A stretch of DNA of 64,000 bases, taken from the NCBI GenBank assembly GCA_963737635.1, contig CAVTTL010000001.1, positions 1,376,001 through 1,440,000 on the forward strand. Direction: 5' to 3'. Below are positions 10,321-20,106 of this stretch, piece after piece. The stretch is from an uncultured Methanoregulaceae archaeon. Lineage in GTDB: Archaea; Halobacteriota; Methanomicrobia; Methanomicrobiales; Methanospirillaceae. Position 1 is the first letter of the stretch, and each line of letters opens with the position of its first letter. The translations under genes and the position numbers were made by a program. Under the pieces are notes generated by a model. It searched no databases. It was given only the letters and a program-made list of their open reading frames with translations, and was not told the origin of the DNA.

Positions 10321-12570
10321 TTAGTTATCACTGTTAATGGTCATACGAGAAATGCTAATGAAAAAGTTTCGTTTTTCCAAAGGATCTGTTATGTCCCCTT
10401 TTTCAAGATCTAAATTACCAAATTTTATTATGTTCATACCTGGTTTTATTTCAAATGTTGCCACAACTGTTTGTTGATTATTCAAATGAATTATTATAGG
10501 TGTCTGTGGGTCTCCTTCGATCATTGATAATTGGATTGTATTTATTTTATCCCGTACGGTATTTTGTTCACTTGGAATTGCAACAAATGATATGTTGACA
10601 TTAATATCCGATTGAAATTTTGAAAAAATAATTAAATTGAAGTCTTCTCCCAACCAATTCCAATAACCTGTCTGTTCCGACCCATCCAATCCTTCTGGGT
10701 TATTAATATACACAATTAAATTCTGATATAAATTTGGTGAAGTAATTTTGGGATAGTCATCCCCAATTGAAATTTTCACAGCCGATTGTGGGAATTTTGC
10801 AGGATCATTAAAGGAATAATTACTATTATCCAATGTGACATCACCTATTTGATTATTAATAAAAAAGATATTGTCCTGCCGGCCATGATATGCCAACCAT
10901 GCTAACGTATCTGGATTGGGTTCAGAGAGAATAAAATCTAGATTCTTAGTATTTTCTAAATAATTATATGTATTTTGCATTTTTTCTGAATTTGACCACG
11001 TCACTGCACTCCTCCCTCCGCCAGATATTGAAAATGAGGCTAAATAGAAGGTAATTGAAACAAATGCTATTAATGTACCAATTAAAAGTATTTTTGGCAA
11101 TGCTAACAATATTTTCTTCAGTAAAGTATTCTGAATTGAAATATGGAAGATACTTTTAAAATTATATGAAGGAGAATCCGACAATAAAATCCACAATCCT
11201 AGTACAAGAATCGGGGAAATTGACGTTAACATTTTAAAAAATGGATAGGGATAGGGATTCGGCATAGAAATAAAAACTATTGGAAAAAGAGAAAGGAAAA
11301 GAAGTTGTAATGATACAATATCCTTTTGTTTTCTAAAGAGGTTTATAAGACCTAAATAAGATAATATCATGAAAAAAATTGAAACCAATAAAATTATCGC
11401 TATTATTAAATCATCGTTAAGGGTAAATGCTTTATATCCGAACCATAAAAAACCCAAGCCGTCAATTTTCAAAGCAAATGGGTAAATAGAATCAAGGATC
11501 CCCGGGGGTGCATGCACAATTGCATTAATAAAAATAATACTCCTTTCAACATAACCAAAGTTTATTAAAAATCCCAAAATCAAAACAACAGATATTTTTT
11601 TGATCGAAGATTTAAAGGATCCGGTTTGAATGACATAACCGATCAGACCTATAATTGATACTAGGATAAATATCAATGTAAATTCTGTATAAATGGAATG
11701 TATTCCAGCAAAAATTACAATTCCAATTAATACATATTTTATGTCATTTTGTTTTAGAAGATTCTCTATCACTATTGGCCATAATAGAAGAAATGGAATA
11801 ATCATCGATTGAGCTAAAAAATTTTGAAGTTGAACCAGCGCGAACCCAGGAAGACAAGATGCTGCAATTGCCGAACCGTATTGCGCCCATTCATTTTTAA
11901 TAAATCTTTTTGAAAGCAAATAAGCCGATAGAGAGGTCAAAAATGGACTTAATAATGAAATTGTACCATAAAGAGATTTTGCATTAGATTGTCCTAAAAC
12001 TGAGAAATAGCCTTGTAATATCGACACACCTATCCGAACATCTTTCAATCCAATTGCTCGAACGAGATATGGGATATTTTGAACATCCATAAAAGTTGTG
12101 CTAAATGGTTTATCGATTAAAAATTGAGCAATGGCAACGTAATTATATTGATCTATCCAACCGTACCCAATATAATTTTCAGCCCCAAGCAACCAATATC
12201 CAAAGCCTTGGACTATAATTACAATAAATCCCAGCAAGAATATATTTTTGGGGAAGTCAGGTATATCTTTCCGAGATCTCTGGTAAATATAACAAAAAAT
12301 AACAAAAAAAAGAATAAAAAAAGGAAATGCTGATAAAGATAATGGAATATCGAGATATACCAAACTTTGTAAAATTATAATCGTAATCGATATACCGAGA
12401 AACGGAGCAAATATCCAAAAATAGGTCTCCTTACTTTTCTGTGGTATAATAAAATGAGCCAAAACGATTCCTGGTATCAAAATCCCAATTAAACTGATTA
12501 TTAATAACAAAGATGAAATAAGTATGTTATATATTATTGACAAGAAATTCCCCGTCGTTACAGTGTACAT
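10321..12570 (-). CDS. large polytopic membrane protein, putative GT-C-fold glycosyltransferase
   Basis: About 13 hydrophobic segments, Asp in first external loop (WIDQYNY), soluble C-terminal domain; AT-rich; next to gtrA/gtrB-like genes. Confidence 0.6.
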   Translation of the reverse strand: MYTVTTGNFLSIIYNILISSLLLIISLIGILIPGIVLAHFIIPQKSKETYFWIFAPFLGISITIIILQSLVYLDIPLSLSAFPFFILFFVIFCYIYQRSRKDIPDFPKNIFLLGFIVIIVQGFGYWLLGAENYIGYGWIDQYNYVAIAQFLIDKPFSTTFMDVQNIPYLVRAIGLKDVRIGVSILQGYFSVLGQSNAKSLYGTISLLSPFLTSLSAYLLSKRFIKNEWAQYGSAIAASCLPGFALVQLQNFLAQSMIIPFLLLWPIVIENLLKQNDIKYVLIGIVIFAGIHSIYTEFTLIFILVSIIGLIGYVIQTGSFKSSIKKISVVLILGFLINFGYVERSIIFINAIVHAPPGILDSIYPFALKIDGLGFLWFGYKAFTLNDDLIIAIILLVSIFFMILSYLGLINLFRKQKDIVSLQLLFLSLFPIVFISMPNPYPYPFFKMLTSISPILVLGLWILLSDSPSYNFKSIFHISIQNTLLKKILLALPKILLIGTLIAFVSITFYLASFSISGGGRSAVTWSNSEKMQNTYNYLENTKNLDFILSEPNPDTLAWLAYHGRQDNIFFINNQIGDVTLDNSNYSFNDPAKFPQSAVKISIGDDYPKITSPNLYQNLIVYINNPEGLDGSEQTGYWNWLGEDFNLIIFSKFQSDINVNISFVAIPSEQNTVRDKINTIQLSMIEGDPQTPIIIHLNNQQTVVATFEIKPGMNIIKFGNLDLEKGDITDPLEKRNFFISISRMTINSDN

Positions 12571-12823
12571 ATTAGGGCAGGTATTGTTAAAAAGTTTGGG
12601 TATTGTATAACCGTGAATTTTAAGGGATAAAGTTATATAGTGTGATTTAACCAAGACGGTTTTCAAATTGTAAATCGTTGGTATAATGTAAATTCAAGGT
12701 TTGTTCCCAATCTCAAGTCATCATGATTCGGGAACATATTAACTGTAGTGGCATGTCAATTGCGAAGTTCCCTAAGCGTCTTACTGGAAAGATTCATTTT
12801 TGATCGCTAGACCGGATTATACA

Positions 12824-13213
12824 TTATTTGAAAACGAATTTTTTATTGATAGTATATCCCCAGATAAAACTGATAACAATCTGAACCACTTTTGCTATGA
12901 TGGGATTCATGTGAAGGAATTCCACGCAAATGATGAGAATTAGATTGTTAAAAATATAGGTCACAATTACAACGGATACAAATTTCGTAAAGAGAATGGC
13001 ATTTTTTTCGCATTGATAGCGAAAAGTCCAATTTTTCTGGAGATAATAAACCGCAAGAGTGCCTATGGAAAAGGAAATCGCATTCGAGACAAGAAAATTG
13101 AGAGATGTAAAACTAATGAGGAGAGAATACAACCCAAAATCAATGCATGCGCCGATACCCCCGGCAATCCCATATTTGCAAAACTGACGGAAGGTGTTTT
13201 TGAATACATCCAT
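12824..13213 (-). CDS. GtrA-family flippase-like protein
   Basis: QFCKYGIAG..ID, QKNWTF, AKVVQI...YTINKKFVF; 4 TM segments. Confidence 0.88.
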   Translation of the reverse strand: MDVFKNTFRQFCKYGIAGGIGACIDFGLYSLLISFTSLNFLVSNAISFSIGTLAVYYLQKNWTFRYQCEKNAILFTKFVSVVIVTYIFNNLILIICVEFLHMNPIIAKVVQIVISFIWGYTINKKFVFK

Positions 13214-13269
13214 CTTCTTATTCTCCAGATTATTCTGCTGTGAGAGAAACAATAACTAATCCCAAATGT

Positions 13270-14157
13270 CTAGGTTTTCTTTTTTAATGTAATTAAACAC
13301 CGGATTCCCCGGGGATACCGAATCATTCTTCCCAAGTTCAGTTCGAGTCTCATAAGAAAATAAAGAGCTTCGTTCATGACCGGTCCGCCTAACTGGATTA
13401 AATTTTTCACGGAATTCTGCGTTTCTAATTCAGTTTGTTTTGTCTTTTGCCTGTTCCGCAATTTCACGAAACGAAATGCCGGGTAAACAAAGAATCCCAG
13501 ATGCGAGGCACTCTGCACGGCAAATCCGGCATTTTCAGCTTTTTGGGACAACTTATCCAGTGCATATCTCCGGAAATGTTTGAGTTGTTTATCATAAAAA
13601 TCATACAAGTTGGGGCTGGCAGGTACTTCTATAATTGCATACCCGCCGGGTTTCAGGATCCGGTAAATCTGCCGTAACGCAGCGGAATCATCTTCAATGT
13701 GTTCGAGAACATTCAGCGCAACGACAACGTCCATGCAATTATCCGGCAGAGGACAATTGACCAGATCAAACTGTATCAATGGGATGTCGGGATGGTGTTC
13801 AGCAATTTTTCCCAATGGTTCCAGGATACAATCGGACCCTAGAATAAATGTCCCGGGAAAGGCATTTTTAATGTCCCGAAGCAGGTAACCGGATGATGAC
13901 CCGATTTCCAGCACTGCACTGTCTGCTGTCAGGTGTTTTCCCACTTCCCGGCAGGCGTGAAGACGTGAGGCACGATCGATGTAATGATTTCCTTGATCTG
14001 CCTCTTTCTCGTGGAAATCCGTGAGATCCGGAGTCCATCCGGCATTGCATGTGGTATATTGTAAGACGGATTTGTTTTCAGAGCCGATCTGGAATCCATT
14101 TCCCGTCCAGACCGGATCATCATGGTATCCGGGGGGGACGGGAAATTTGAATCCCAT
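13270..14157 (-). CDS. class I SAM-dependent methyltransferase
   Basis: VLEIGSSSG, LNVLEHIEDD, LKPGG, HFRRY motifs. Confidence 0.88.
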   Translation of the reverse strand: MGFKFPVPPGYHDDPVWTGNGFQIGSENKSVLQYTTCNAGWTPDLTDFHEKEADQGNHYIDRASRLHACREVGKHLTADSAVLEIGSSSGYLLRDIKNAFPGTFILGSDCILEPLGKIAEHHPDIPLIQFDLVNCPLPDNCMDVVVALNVLEHIEDDSAALRQIYRILKPGGYAIIEVPASPNLYDFYDKQLKHFRRYALDKLSQKAENAGFAVQSASHLGFFVYPAFRFVKLRNRQKTKQTELETQNSVKNLIQLGGPVMNEALYFLMRLELNLGRMIRYPRGIRCLITLKKKT

Positions 14158-15107
14158 CAGAGATTCTCCGTTTTTTCAACGATGTAGAGAGGGCGCTGTT
14201 TCACTTCTTCGTAAATACGCCCGACATACTCTCCCATGATCCCCAGCGAAAGGAGCTGGACACCCGAAAGGAACGTAATAAGAACAATTGTCCACGTCAG
14301 ACCCGGGGTCATTTCAGCCTGCAGTATCACTTTTTCAAAGAGAATCCAGAATCCCAGCAGAAACGCACCTACTGCAATGATTCCGCCTAATATTGTAGCG
14401 ACTTGCAAGGGACGAATCGAAAATCCTACAATACCGTTGAACGCGATCTTGAGTGAGCCCAGGTACCGGTTATAATTGGATATTCCAGATGCCCGTTCGT
14501 CTCGGTCATATTCAATAAATGTCTGTTTGAACCCGACAAATGAAACCATGCCTCGCAGGAAACCGTGAGACTCATGCAGTTTTTTCAGTTCATCGATGAC
14601 GCAGCGATCCATCAACCGGAAATCCCCGGTATCTGCCGGGATCGAGACATCCGAAATTTTATTGATCACGAGATAACCGATATGCGAAATCCATGTTTTG
14701 AAAAATGTTTCACCTTGTCGGGATCGTCTCTTTGCATAAACAACCTTGTAACCCTCGCGCCATTTTTCCAGCATCGGCTCAATCAATTCAGGAGGGTCTT
14801 GCAGATCCACATCAATAACTACGCAGACATCTCCTTTACAGAAATGGATGCCGGCGAGCGTTGCGGCGGGCTGGCCAAACCTCCGGCTGAATCGGATGAG
14901 ACGGATATTTTCGTTCCGTTTGATCTCGTCCAAAATGATTTTTTCGGTGTTGTCCGGGGAAGGATCGAGACAGAAGAGGATTTCATAGGGACAGCGGAGT
15001 TTTGTTAATATAGATTCCATTCTTTGCAAAAATGGTTTGATATTTGTTTCTTCACGATAAACCGGGACAACCACGGATATGATTGGATTGGCCAATATTT
15101 TGTTCAT
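14157..15107 (-). CDS. GT2 polyprenol-phosphate glycosyltransferase (GtrB/ArnC-like)
   Basis: SVVVPVY, SRRFGQ, IDVDLQDPPE, DTGDFRLMDR, two C-terminal TMs, GEYVGRIYEEVKQRPLY. Confidence 0.9.
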   Translation of the reverse strand: MNKILANPIISVVVPVYREETNIKPFLQRMESILTKLRCPYEILFCLDPSPDNTEKIILDEIKRNENIRLIRFSRRFGQPAATLAGIHFCKGDVCVVIDVDLQDPPELIEPMLEKWREGYKVVYAKRRSRQGETFFKTWISHIGYLVINKISDVSIPADTGDFRLMDRCVIDELKKLHESHGFLRGMVSFVGFKQTFIEYDRDERASGISNYNRYLGSLKIAFNGIVGFSIRPLQVATILGGIIAVGAFLLGFWILFEKVILQAEMTPGLTWTIVLITFLSGVQLLSLGIMGEYVGRIYEEVKQRPLYIVEKTENL

Positions 15108-17327
15108 TTACATCTCCTGCCCAATACTTTTACTGATTGTGATATTCTCAAAATTATAATCTAAAAACCGTTGATCATTCGTTCCAGGTAATTGCGGGGG
15201 CAATTTTGGCTCAAACGCTAAAATATGTTTTCCTTTTGAAAGATATATATTATTAATCTCACAATGAACACTAGGACAATCCATAATTTTGTTATCATCA
15301 AGTAAAACGGATAAACTATTTTCTGGATTTAATGGAGCATAAATCAATTTCACATCAATGTATTGATCCTCATCATTATTTAGGATTAGTGACGGTGTCT
15401 CATTATTCGAACCTGTCCATCTCCACACGGAATTTTGGTTTGATTCAAGACCATACCATCCTTTATTTAACGAGACATCGAGCGAAACATTTTTTTTCAT
15501 AAGATAATAGCCATTGTTAATTAAAATTTTATCGCTGTCATTAGTAAAATTTAATATTGAAATAATATCTGAAGTGGATGTTTCCATTAAGGTCCATTGA
15601 CCAATTTGAGGGGAAGCTGCAAAGTAAGTAGGAGTTTTCAGAAATAATGTTTTTTTATCAAAAAGGAAGTAATATATCCACATTTGATTGCTGAAAGATG
15701 TATCCTGAACATTTATCGAGGTCACATTCTCTAAATTAGTATTATTCTGGAGATCGATTGTATCCTGTTTGATGGAACCAGAATTACTTGTACTGACAAA
15801 AATCATTGCTGATGCAGAAAGAACATTTCCTAATATTAATAAACATAGCAACGCATAAACCGCGATTTTTTTCCTGAAACTAGTTTTCGAATTATCTGAA
15901 AAATAACAATTAAAAAAATATAGCCCCGTAAGTAAAATTATTGGAATAAAATACGTTATCAATTTATAGGCTTTATACCCATCCCCAGAGAATGTGGGGG
16001 AGAGGAGAAAGTTTTCAATAATAAGATACCAATAGAAAACAAAAACCAAGATAAGGTATGAACCGAAAATAAAGAATAATTTGCGCTCTTTTTTAAAAAG
16101 ATAATAAATTGAACCAATAAATAAGACGATTATGGGCATTGATAATAAAATTCTAATAAGGATTGGGGAGGATTGCATCCAGATATTACTTCCAACCAAT
16201 CCAAAAATCCAGTCCGGAGATAATACTGGCATATTCCAACCTGCTACGGCATTATTAAAATCGATTAGAAATCGAATTCTTTCGATAAATGAAACTGGTG
16301 CGATTAAGAATGTGAAAAAAAGTGTAATTGAGCTATAAATTATTGATTGAATGACAAAAGATTTCGATCGAGAATAGATATAAAAGGAAATAATGAATAA
16401 TACCCAAGGGATGAAAAATAATGGTAAAAGGACACTATAACTCATAAGTAGTCCAAAACAAAATAAAATATTTAAAGGCAAAAAGGGGATATAATCTGAA
16501 AATTTATTGAATTTAGCAATGGGATAATATGATGTAAAAAATAAACCTAAGGCGAATCCCATTCCAACAATCTGACCTAAAAATCCATTATAAATTATAT
16601 ATAATAACTGAATGTTGATTCCAATCAATAAAGTGATGAGAAGTGCGATTTTTTTGGAATACCCAAAAATTTCTATACCTATTAAAAATATTATCGGGAG
16701 ACTAAAAATAAAGAATAGGTAAATTACAAGATTTTGGATTTGATATGTTTGAATTGAAAAAAGTGAGCTTGGTAACGCAGTTGATAAAAATGCTGAAAAA
16801 AATTGAGTGCTAAGCATTGAAGCAAATCGTGGTGTTACTTCCTGAACAAAAGGTACTGGGGATTGTAAATTTGAAGAAAGCGTAAGATATTTCGCTGTCG
16901 TCGCATAGTCTATAATATCATTATTGCCAAGTGTAATTGTATTTGTAATTCCATCAATTTTTGAATAATATGGAAAGGAAATTGCCAAAAATATAATTAT
17001 GCAGAGGAAGATTAAATGTAGATTTTCTTTTTTAAATGGAAATAACGTTGTAAGAACACGGTCTTTTTTTATAATAATGGCTAACATTAGGAAAAATAAG
17101 GGTGGAATTAACAAGATTCCAGAATATGCATTTGTTCCCCAAGGGCTGTATTCAAAAAAATACCAACTGCAACAACTTAAATATGCAAGACCGACAAAAG
17201 GAGAAAAATAGAAAGAATATTTTTCAAAATTTTTTGGGCAGATTAGTACTGTGAAACCAATGCCAGAATAAATATAAAATAATAAAATAAGTATGGTATA
17301 CAAAAAAAACTCAAACATAAAGGTCAT
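15108..17327 (-). CDS. large polytopic membrane protein, putative GT-C-fold glycosyltransferase
   Basis: Many TMs, GNNDIIDY first-loop motif, C-terminal GWYGLE...WRWT domain; the ORF-track 5' extension to 17450 is IS-remnant sequence. Confidence 0.6.
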   Translation of the reverse strand: MTFMFEFFLYTILILLFYIYSGIGFTVLICPKNFEKYSFYFSPFVGLAYLSCCSWYFFEYSPWGTNAYSGILLIPPLFFLMLAIIIKKDRVLTTLFPFKKENLHLIFLCIIIFLAISFPYYSKIDGITNTITLGNNDIIDYATTAKYLTLSSNLQSPVPFVQEVTPRFASMLSTQFFSAFLSTALPSSLFSIQTYQIQNLVIYLFFIFSLPIIFLIGIEIFGYSKKIALLITLLIGINIQLLYIIYNGFLGQIVGMGFALGLFFTSYYPIAKFNKFSDYIPFLPLNILFCFGLLMSYSVLLPLFFIPWVLFIISFYIYSRSKSFVIQSIIYSSITLFFTFLIAPVSFIERIRFLIDFNNAVAGWNMPVLSPDWIFGLVGSNIWMQSSPILIRILLSMPIIVLFIGSIYYLFKKERKLFFIFGSYLILVFVFYWYLIIENFLLSPTFSGDGYKAYKLITYFIPIILLTGLYFFNCYFSDNSKTSFRKKIAVYALLCLLILGNVLSASAMIFVSTSNSGSIKQDTIDLQNNTNLENVTSINVQDTSFSNQMWIYYFLFDKKTLFLKTPTYFAASPQIGQWTLMETSTSDIISILNFTNDSDKILINNGYYLMKKNVSLDVSLNKGWYGLESNQNSVWRWTGSNNETPSLILNNDEDQYIDVKLIYAPLNPENSLSVLLDDNKIMDCPSVHCEINNIYLSKGKHILAFEPKLPPQLPGTNDQRFLDYNFENITISKSIGQEM

Positions 17328-17384
17328 GATCAGGTTATCGTTTGACAATATAAAATATGAGGATTTTAATTCTGAATAATCACG

Positions 17385-17812
17385 TTTCTGAAGAAAGGTC
17401 CGCGCTAGGGTTTCCGCTTCGAGATCATCCACGATCTCGACAAAGATCATACCATTGCGACAGACCCGAATACCGGTTGCTTCTTAGTTCTCCTCACGTG
17501 AAGTGCCCAATTCTCGAATTGTTTTTTCACCTGTGTCCTATTGACCACAGAGATATGTTTCATCCATTTAAACAATATGAGAGACGATCACTGGAACATC
17601 TTTGGTAGGACAGTTTTACCATTGTCAGAGCTCTCATAATCCTCTGGTGGCCAACGGATATTCGGGTAGTGTGTTCTGACTGCTTCGTTCCAAGAGAGAC
17701 CCCTGGAGAATCTCTTTCCGTTGAGCCCGGATCAAATGAAGAGGAGTGAGTTCAAACTGGCTTTTGAACAGCAACTATTCCTGTTATCGAGCATGTAGAC
17801 CTATTTTGACAT
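17385..17812 (-). mobile_element. degraded IS1595-family (ISXO2-like) transposase remnant
   Basis: Across stops and frameshifts: V*MDETYLCGQ ... RTKKQPVFG ... CRNGMIFVEIVDDLEAETL, typical of the DETY.GG...K.PVFG...R.G.V DDE core. Confidence 0.7.
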
Positions 17813-17998
17813 GCATTTTGGGCATTAGATTTTGACCGGTTTTCCTCTTGTAGTCCGCCAAGTCGGTGTAAAATAGTACTATATTCAATATAATTCGGGG
17901 AATCCCATAAGGCCAGCAAATACCGACTTTACGTAAAGAAGATTAAATGGCAATCATTCTCCATGAGGATTGGGGTCAAGGTGTTCTGCAGACCAAAA

Positions 17999-18736
17999 TT
18001 ATTTTTCCAAATAAAAGCAAACTCGACCATTATAGTTTAAATCCTTTAATTGAGCGAAATAAAATTCAATAAGTTCATGATTTCCACTTCTAAATTGTGC
18101 CCATTCTTCAAAAGAGTAATTTACCATACTTGGAAAAAGAAATGGCTTTATTTTCATTTCATGAAAACCACATTCCTGGGAAATTTGAAAGATTTCTTCC
18201 AAAATTACATCACGTTCAATCCAATCCGGACCCAATTGTTCTCTGAATTTAGCAAGAAATTCGAGAGTTTCTTTACTAGTTGAGTGTTTTGCTCCGGGCT
18301 CGACAAAAATTGCCCGACCCCCGGGTATTAGTACTCTGAACATTTCATTCAGAGTTTTTGAGTAATCCCTCATGTGATGTAATGAATCAAAACAGATTAT
18401 GTTAGAAAAACTCTGTTTCAAAAATGACAAATGACTTCCATCGCAGAGTACAAAATTAATAAAATTCAGATTTAACCGTTTATCTATAGAAAATCTTTGT
18501 TTGCCAACCGATGCAAAATTTTTGAATATGTCACACGCTACGACATCAAATCCCATTCTGTTGAGCCATTCTGATATCCAGCCAGTTCCAGATGCAAAAT
18601 CAAGAATTTTATTGTTTGCTGGATTCTTTTTGATACAGGAAAAAGTGAGGCCCAGATCAAATAAAAGTCGCGATTCATCACGCCCCACCATAAAGGGTTC
18701 GTTTAATGCGGGATTATTCTCATATTTTTCGCCCAT
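17999..18736 (-). CDS. class I SAM-dependent methyltransferase
   Basis: ILDFASGTGW, FDSLHH, VLIPGGRAIFVEP. Confidence 0.85.
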   Translation of the reverse strand: MGEKYENNPALNEPFMVGRDESRLLFDLGLTFSCIKKNPANNKILDFASGTGWISEWLNRMGFDVVACDIFKNFASVGKQRFSIDKRLNLNFINFVLCDGSHLSFLKQSFSNIICFDSLHHMRDYSKTLNEMFRVLIPGGRAIFVEPGAKHSTSKETLEFLAKFREQLGPDWIERDVILEEIFQISQECGFHEMKIKPFLFPSMVNYSFEEWAQFRSGNHELIEFYFAQLKDLNYNGRVCFYLEK

Positions 18737-18749
18737 GGTGACCTCAACT

Positions 18750-18884
18750 AACGCAATTATACTCCCTGCTTCGGGGGGATAAATATTGTCGTGCAACCCC
18801 GGTTCTTAAGTTTTTGGACGACCTGCGACCCAAGAAACCCGGCGCTTCCGCGACAAGAACAGATTTCTCACTCCAGAATGACAT
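18750..18884 (-). pseudogene. 5' fragment of a GDP-L-fucose synthase (Fcl/WcaG)-like gene
   Basis: AAGGTG RBS then MSFWSEKSVLVA/GSAGFLGSQVVQKLKNRGCTTIFIPRSREYN with one frameshift, then truncated. Confidence 0.7.
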
Positions 18885-18966
18885 GTAGTACACCTTGAGA
18901 GATCGTATTTAAGCACACTGAAGATGGAAATCTCATAATCATTTCACTATAAACCCGAACTTTTAA

Positions 18967-20100
18967 TTATTTGGAATAGAGATCCTCATAAATTTTGAGT
19001 GTTGCCCGGGCTGTTTTCTCCCAGCGAAACTCTCTGGCCCGGTCGATTCCTTTCCGGGATAACTCTTTCCGGAGGCTGTCATTTCCTATAACTTCAAGGA
19101 GAAGCGTCGTGAGTTGCCCGACATCGGTGGGATTGAAGAGGAGTGCAGCATCCCCACTAATCTCCGGCATCGACGACGTGTTTGAAGTGATTACGGGTGC
19201 CCCGCAGGACATCGCCTCCAGAATAGGAAGCCCGAAGCCTTCGTATAATGAGGGATATACAAACGCCGCCGCCGCAGAATACAATGCCGGAAGATCCTGC
19301 TCATCAACATAGCCGATACGCCGGATCTGATCGGAAGCCTGGGATTCGATCAATGCATCGATGTCAGAATTCAACCAGCCTTTTCCTCCAGCTACCACAA
19401 GAGGGCACCGCTTTTTGACATTTTCGGGCAAATTTACATAAGCCCGGATAAGAGTTCCGATATTTTTTCTCGGCTCATATGAACCTACGGTGAAGATAAA
19501 ATTCCGTGGAATCCCGTACTTCTCAAGTACCCGGTTCTGTTCCGCAGTTCCACGGGGTGCAAAAATATCTTTTGCGGCCAGATGAGTCACGATGATCTTA
19601 TCCGGCTCTACCTCAAAATATTTTACCAGTTCCTGTTTTCCATGATTCGAAATGGCGATGATGCAATCTGCAGATTTGACTGCTCCAAGAGTACCCTCAA
19701 GGCAGTGCTTCCGATTAGCCTCAGTATGGCACTCGGGCAGGGTCAAGAAGCTGATATCGTAAATAGTGATGACGAGTTTGCCATAATGATCCTTCGGAGC
19801 GCAGAATGTCGTTGAATGAAGGATATCAACATTGCCAAGGATCCATTTTCTAGGAATCGGGGAATGCCAGAGCCCATCAATTATTCTTTTGGGAATTTTT
19901 TCATAGCGCAGATGAAAATTTTTCTGGTGTGGTGCGACGGCATCTTTAAAGTTTGGGTGATATATGTGGTAAAAAAAAGGATAAAGCAGATACTGGTTGG
20001 TTTTATCGATTTTTGCAAGAGCGTCAACCAGATTGGCAGTGTAATACCCGACCCCAACTTTTTCTCCAACGGTCAGGCTGATGTCGATGCCGATTTTCAT
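18967..20100 (-). CDS. glycosyltransferase family 4 (WbpY/WbdB-like)
   Basis: VGSYEPRKN, YPSLYEGFGLPILEAM. Confidence 0.92.
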   Translation of the reverse strand: MKIGIDISLTVGEKVGVGYYTANLVDALAKIDKTNQYLLYPFFYHIYHPNFKDAVAPHQKNFHLRYEKIPKRIIDGLWHSPIPRKWILGNVDILHSTTFCAPKDHYGKLVITIYDISFLTLPECHTEANRKHCLEGTLGAVKSADCIIAISNHGKQELVKYFEVEPDKIIVTHLAAKDIFAPRGTAEQNRVLEKYGIPRNFIFTVGSYEPRKNIGTLIRAYVNLPENVKKRCPLVVAGGKGWLNSDIDALIESQASDQIRRIGYVDEQDLPALYSAAAAFVYPSLYEGFGLPILEAMSCGAPVITSNTSSMPEISGDAALLFNPTDVGQLTTLLLEVIGNDSLRKELSRKGIDRAREFRWEKTARATLKIYEDLYSK

Positions 20101-20106
20101 AGGTAC

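Noticed and set aside
12702-12735. Imperfect inverted repeat tgttccc-aatc...gatt-cgggaaca
   Set aside because: Single copy with no boxes or IS-end context; function cannot be supported.
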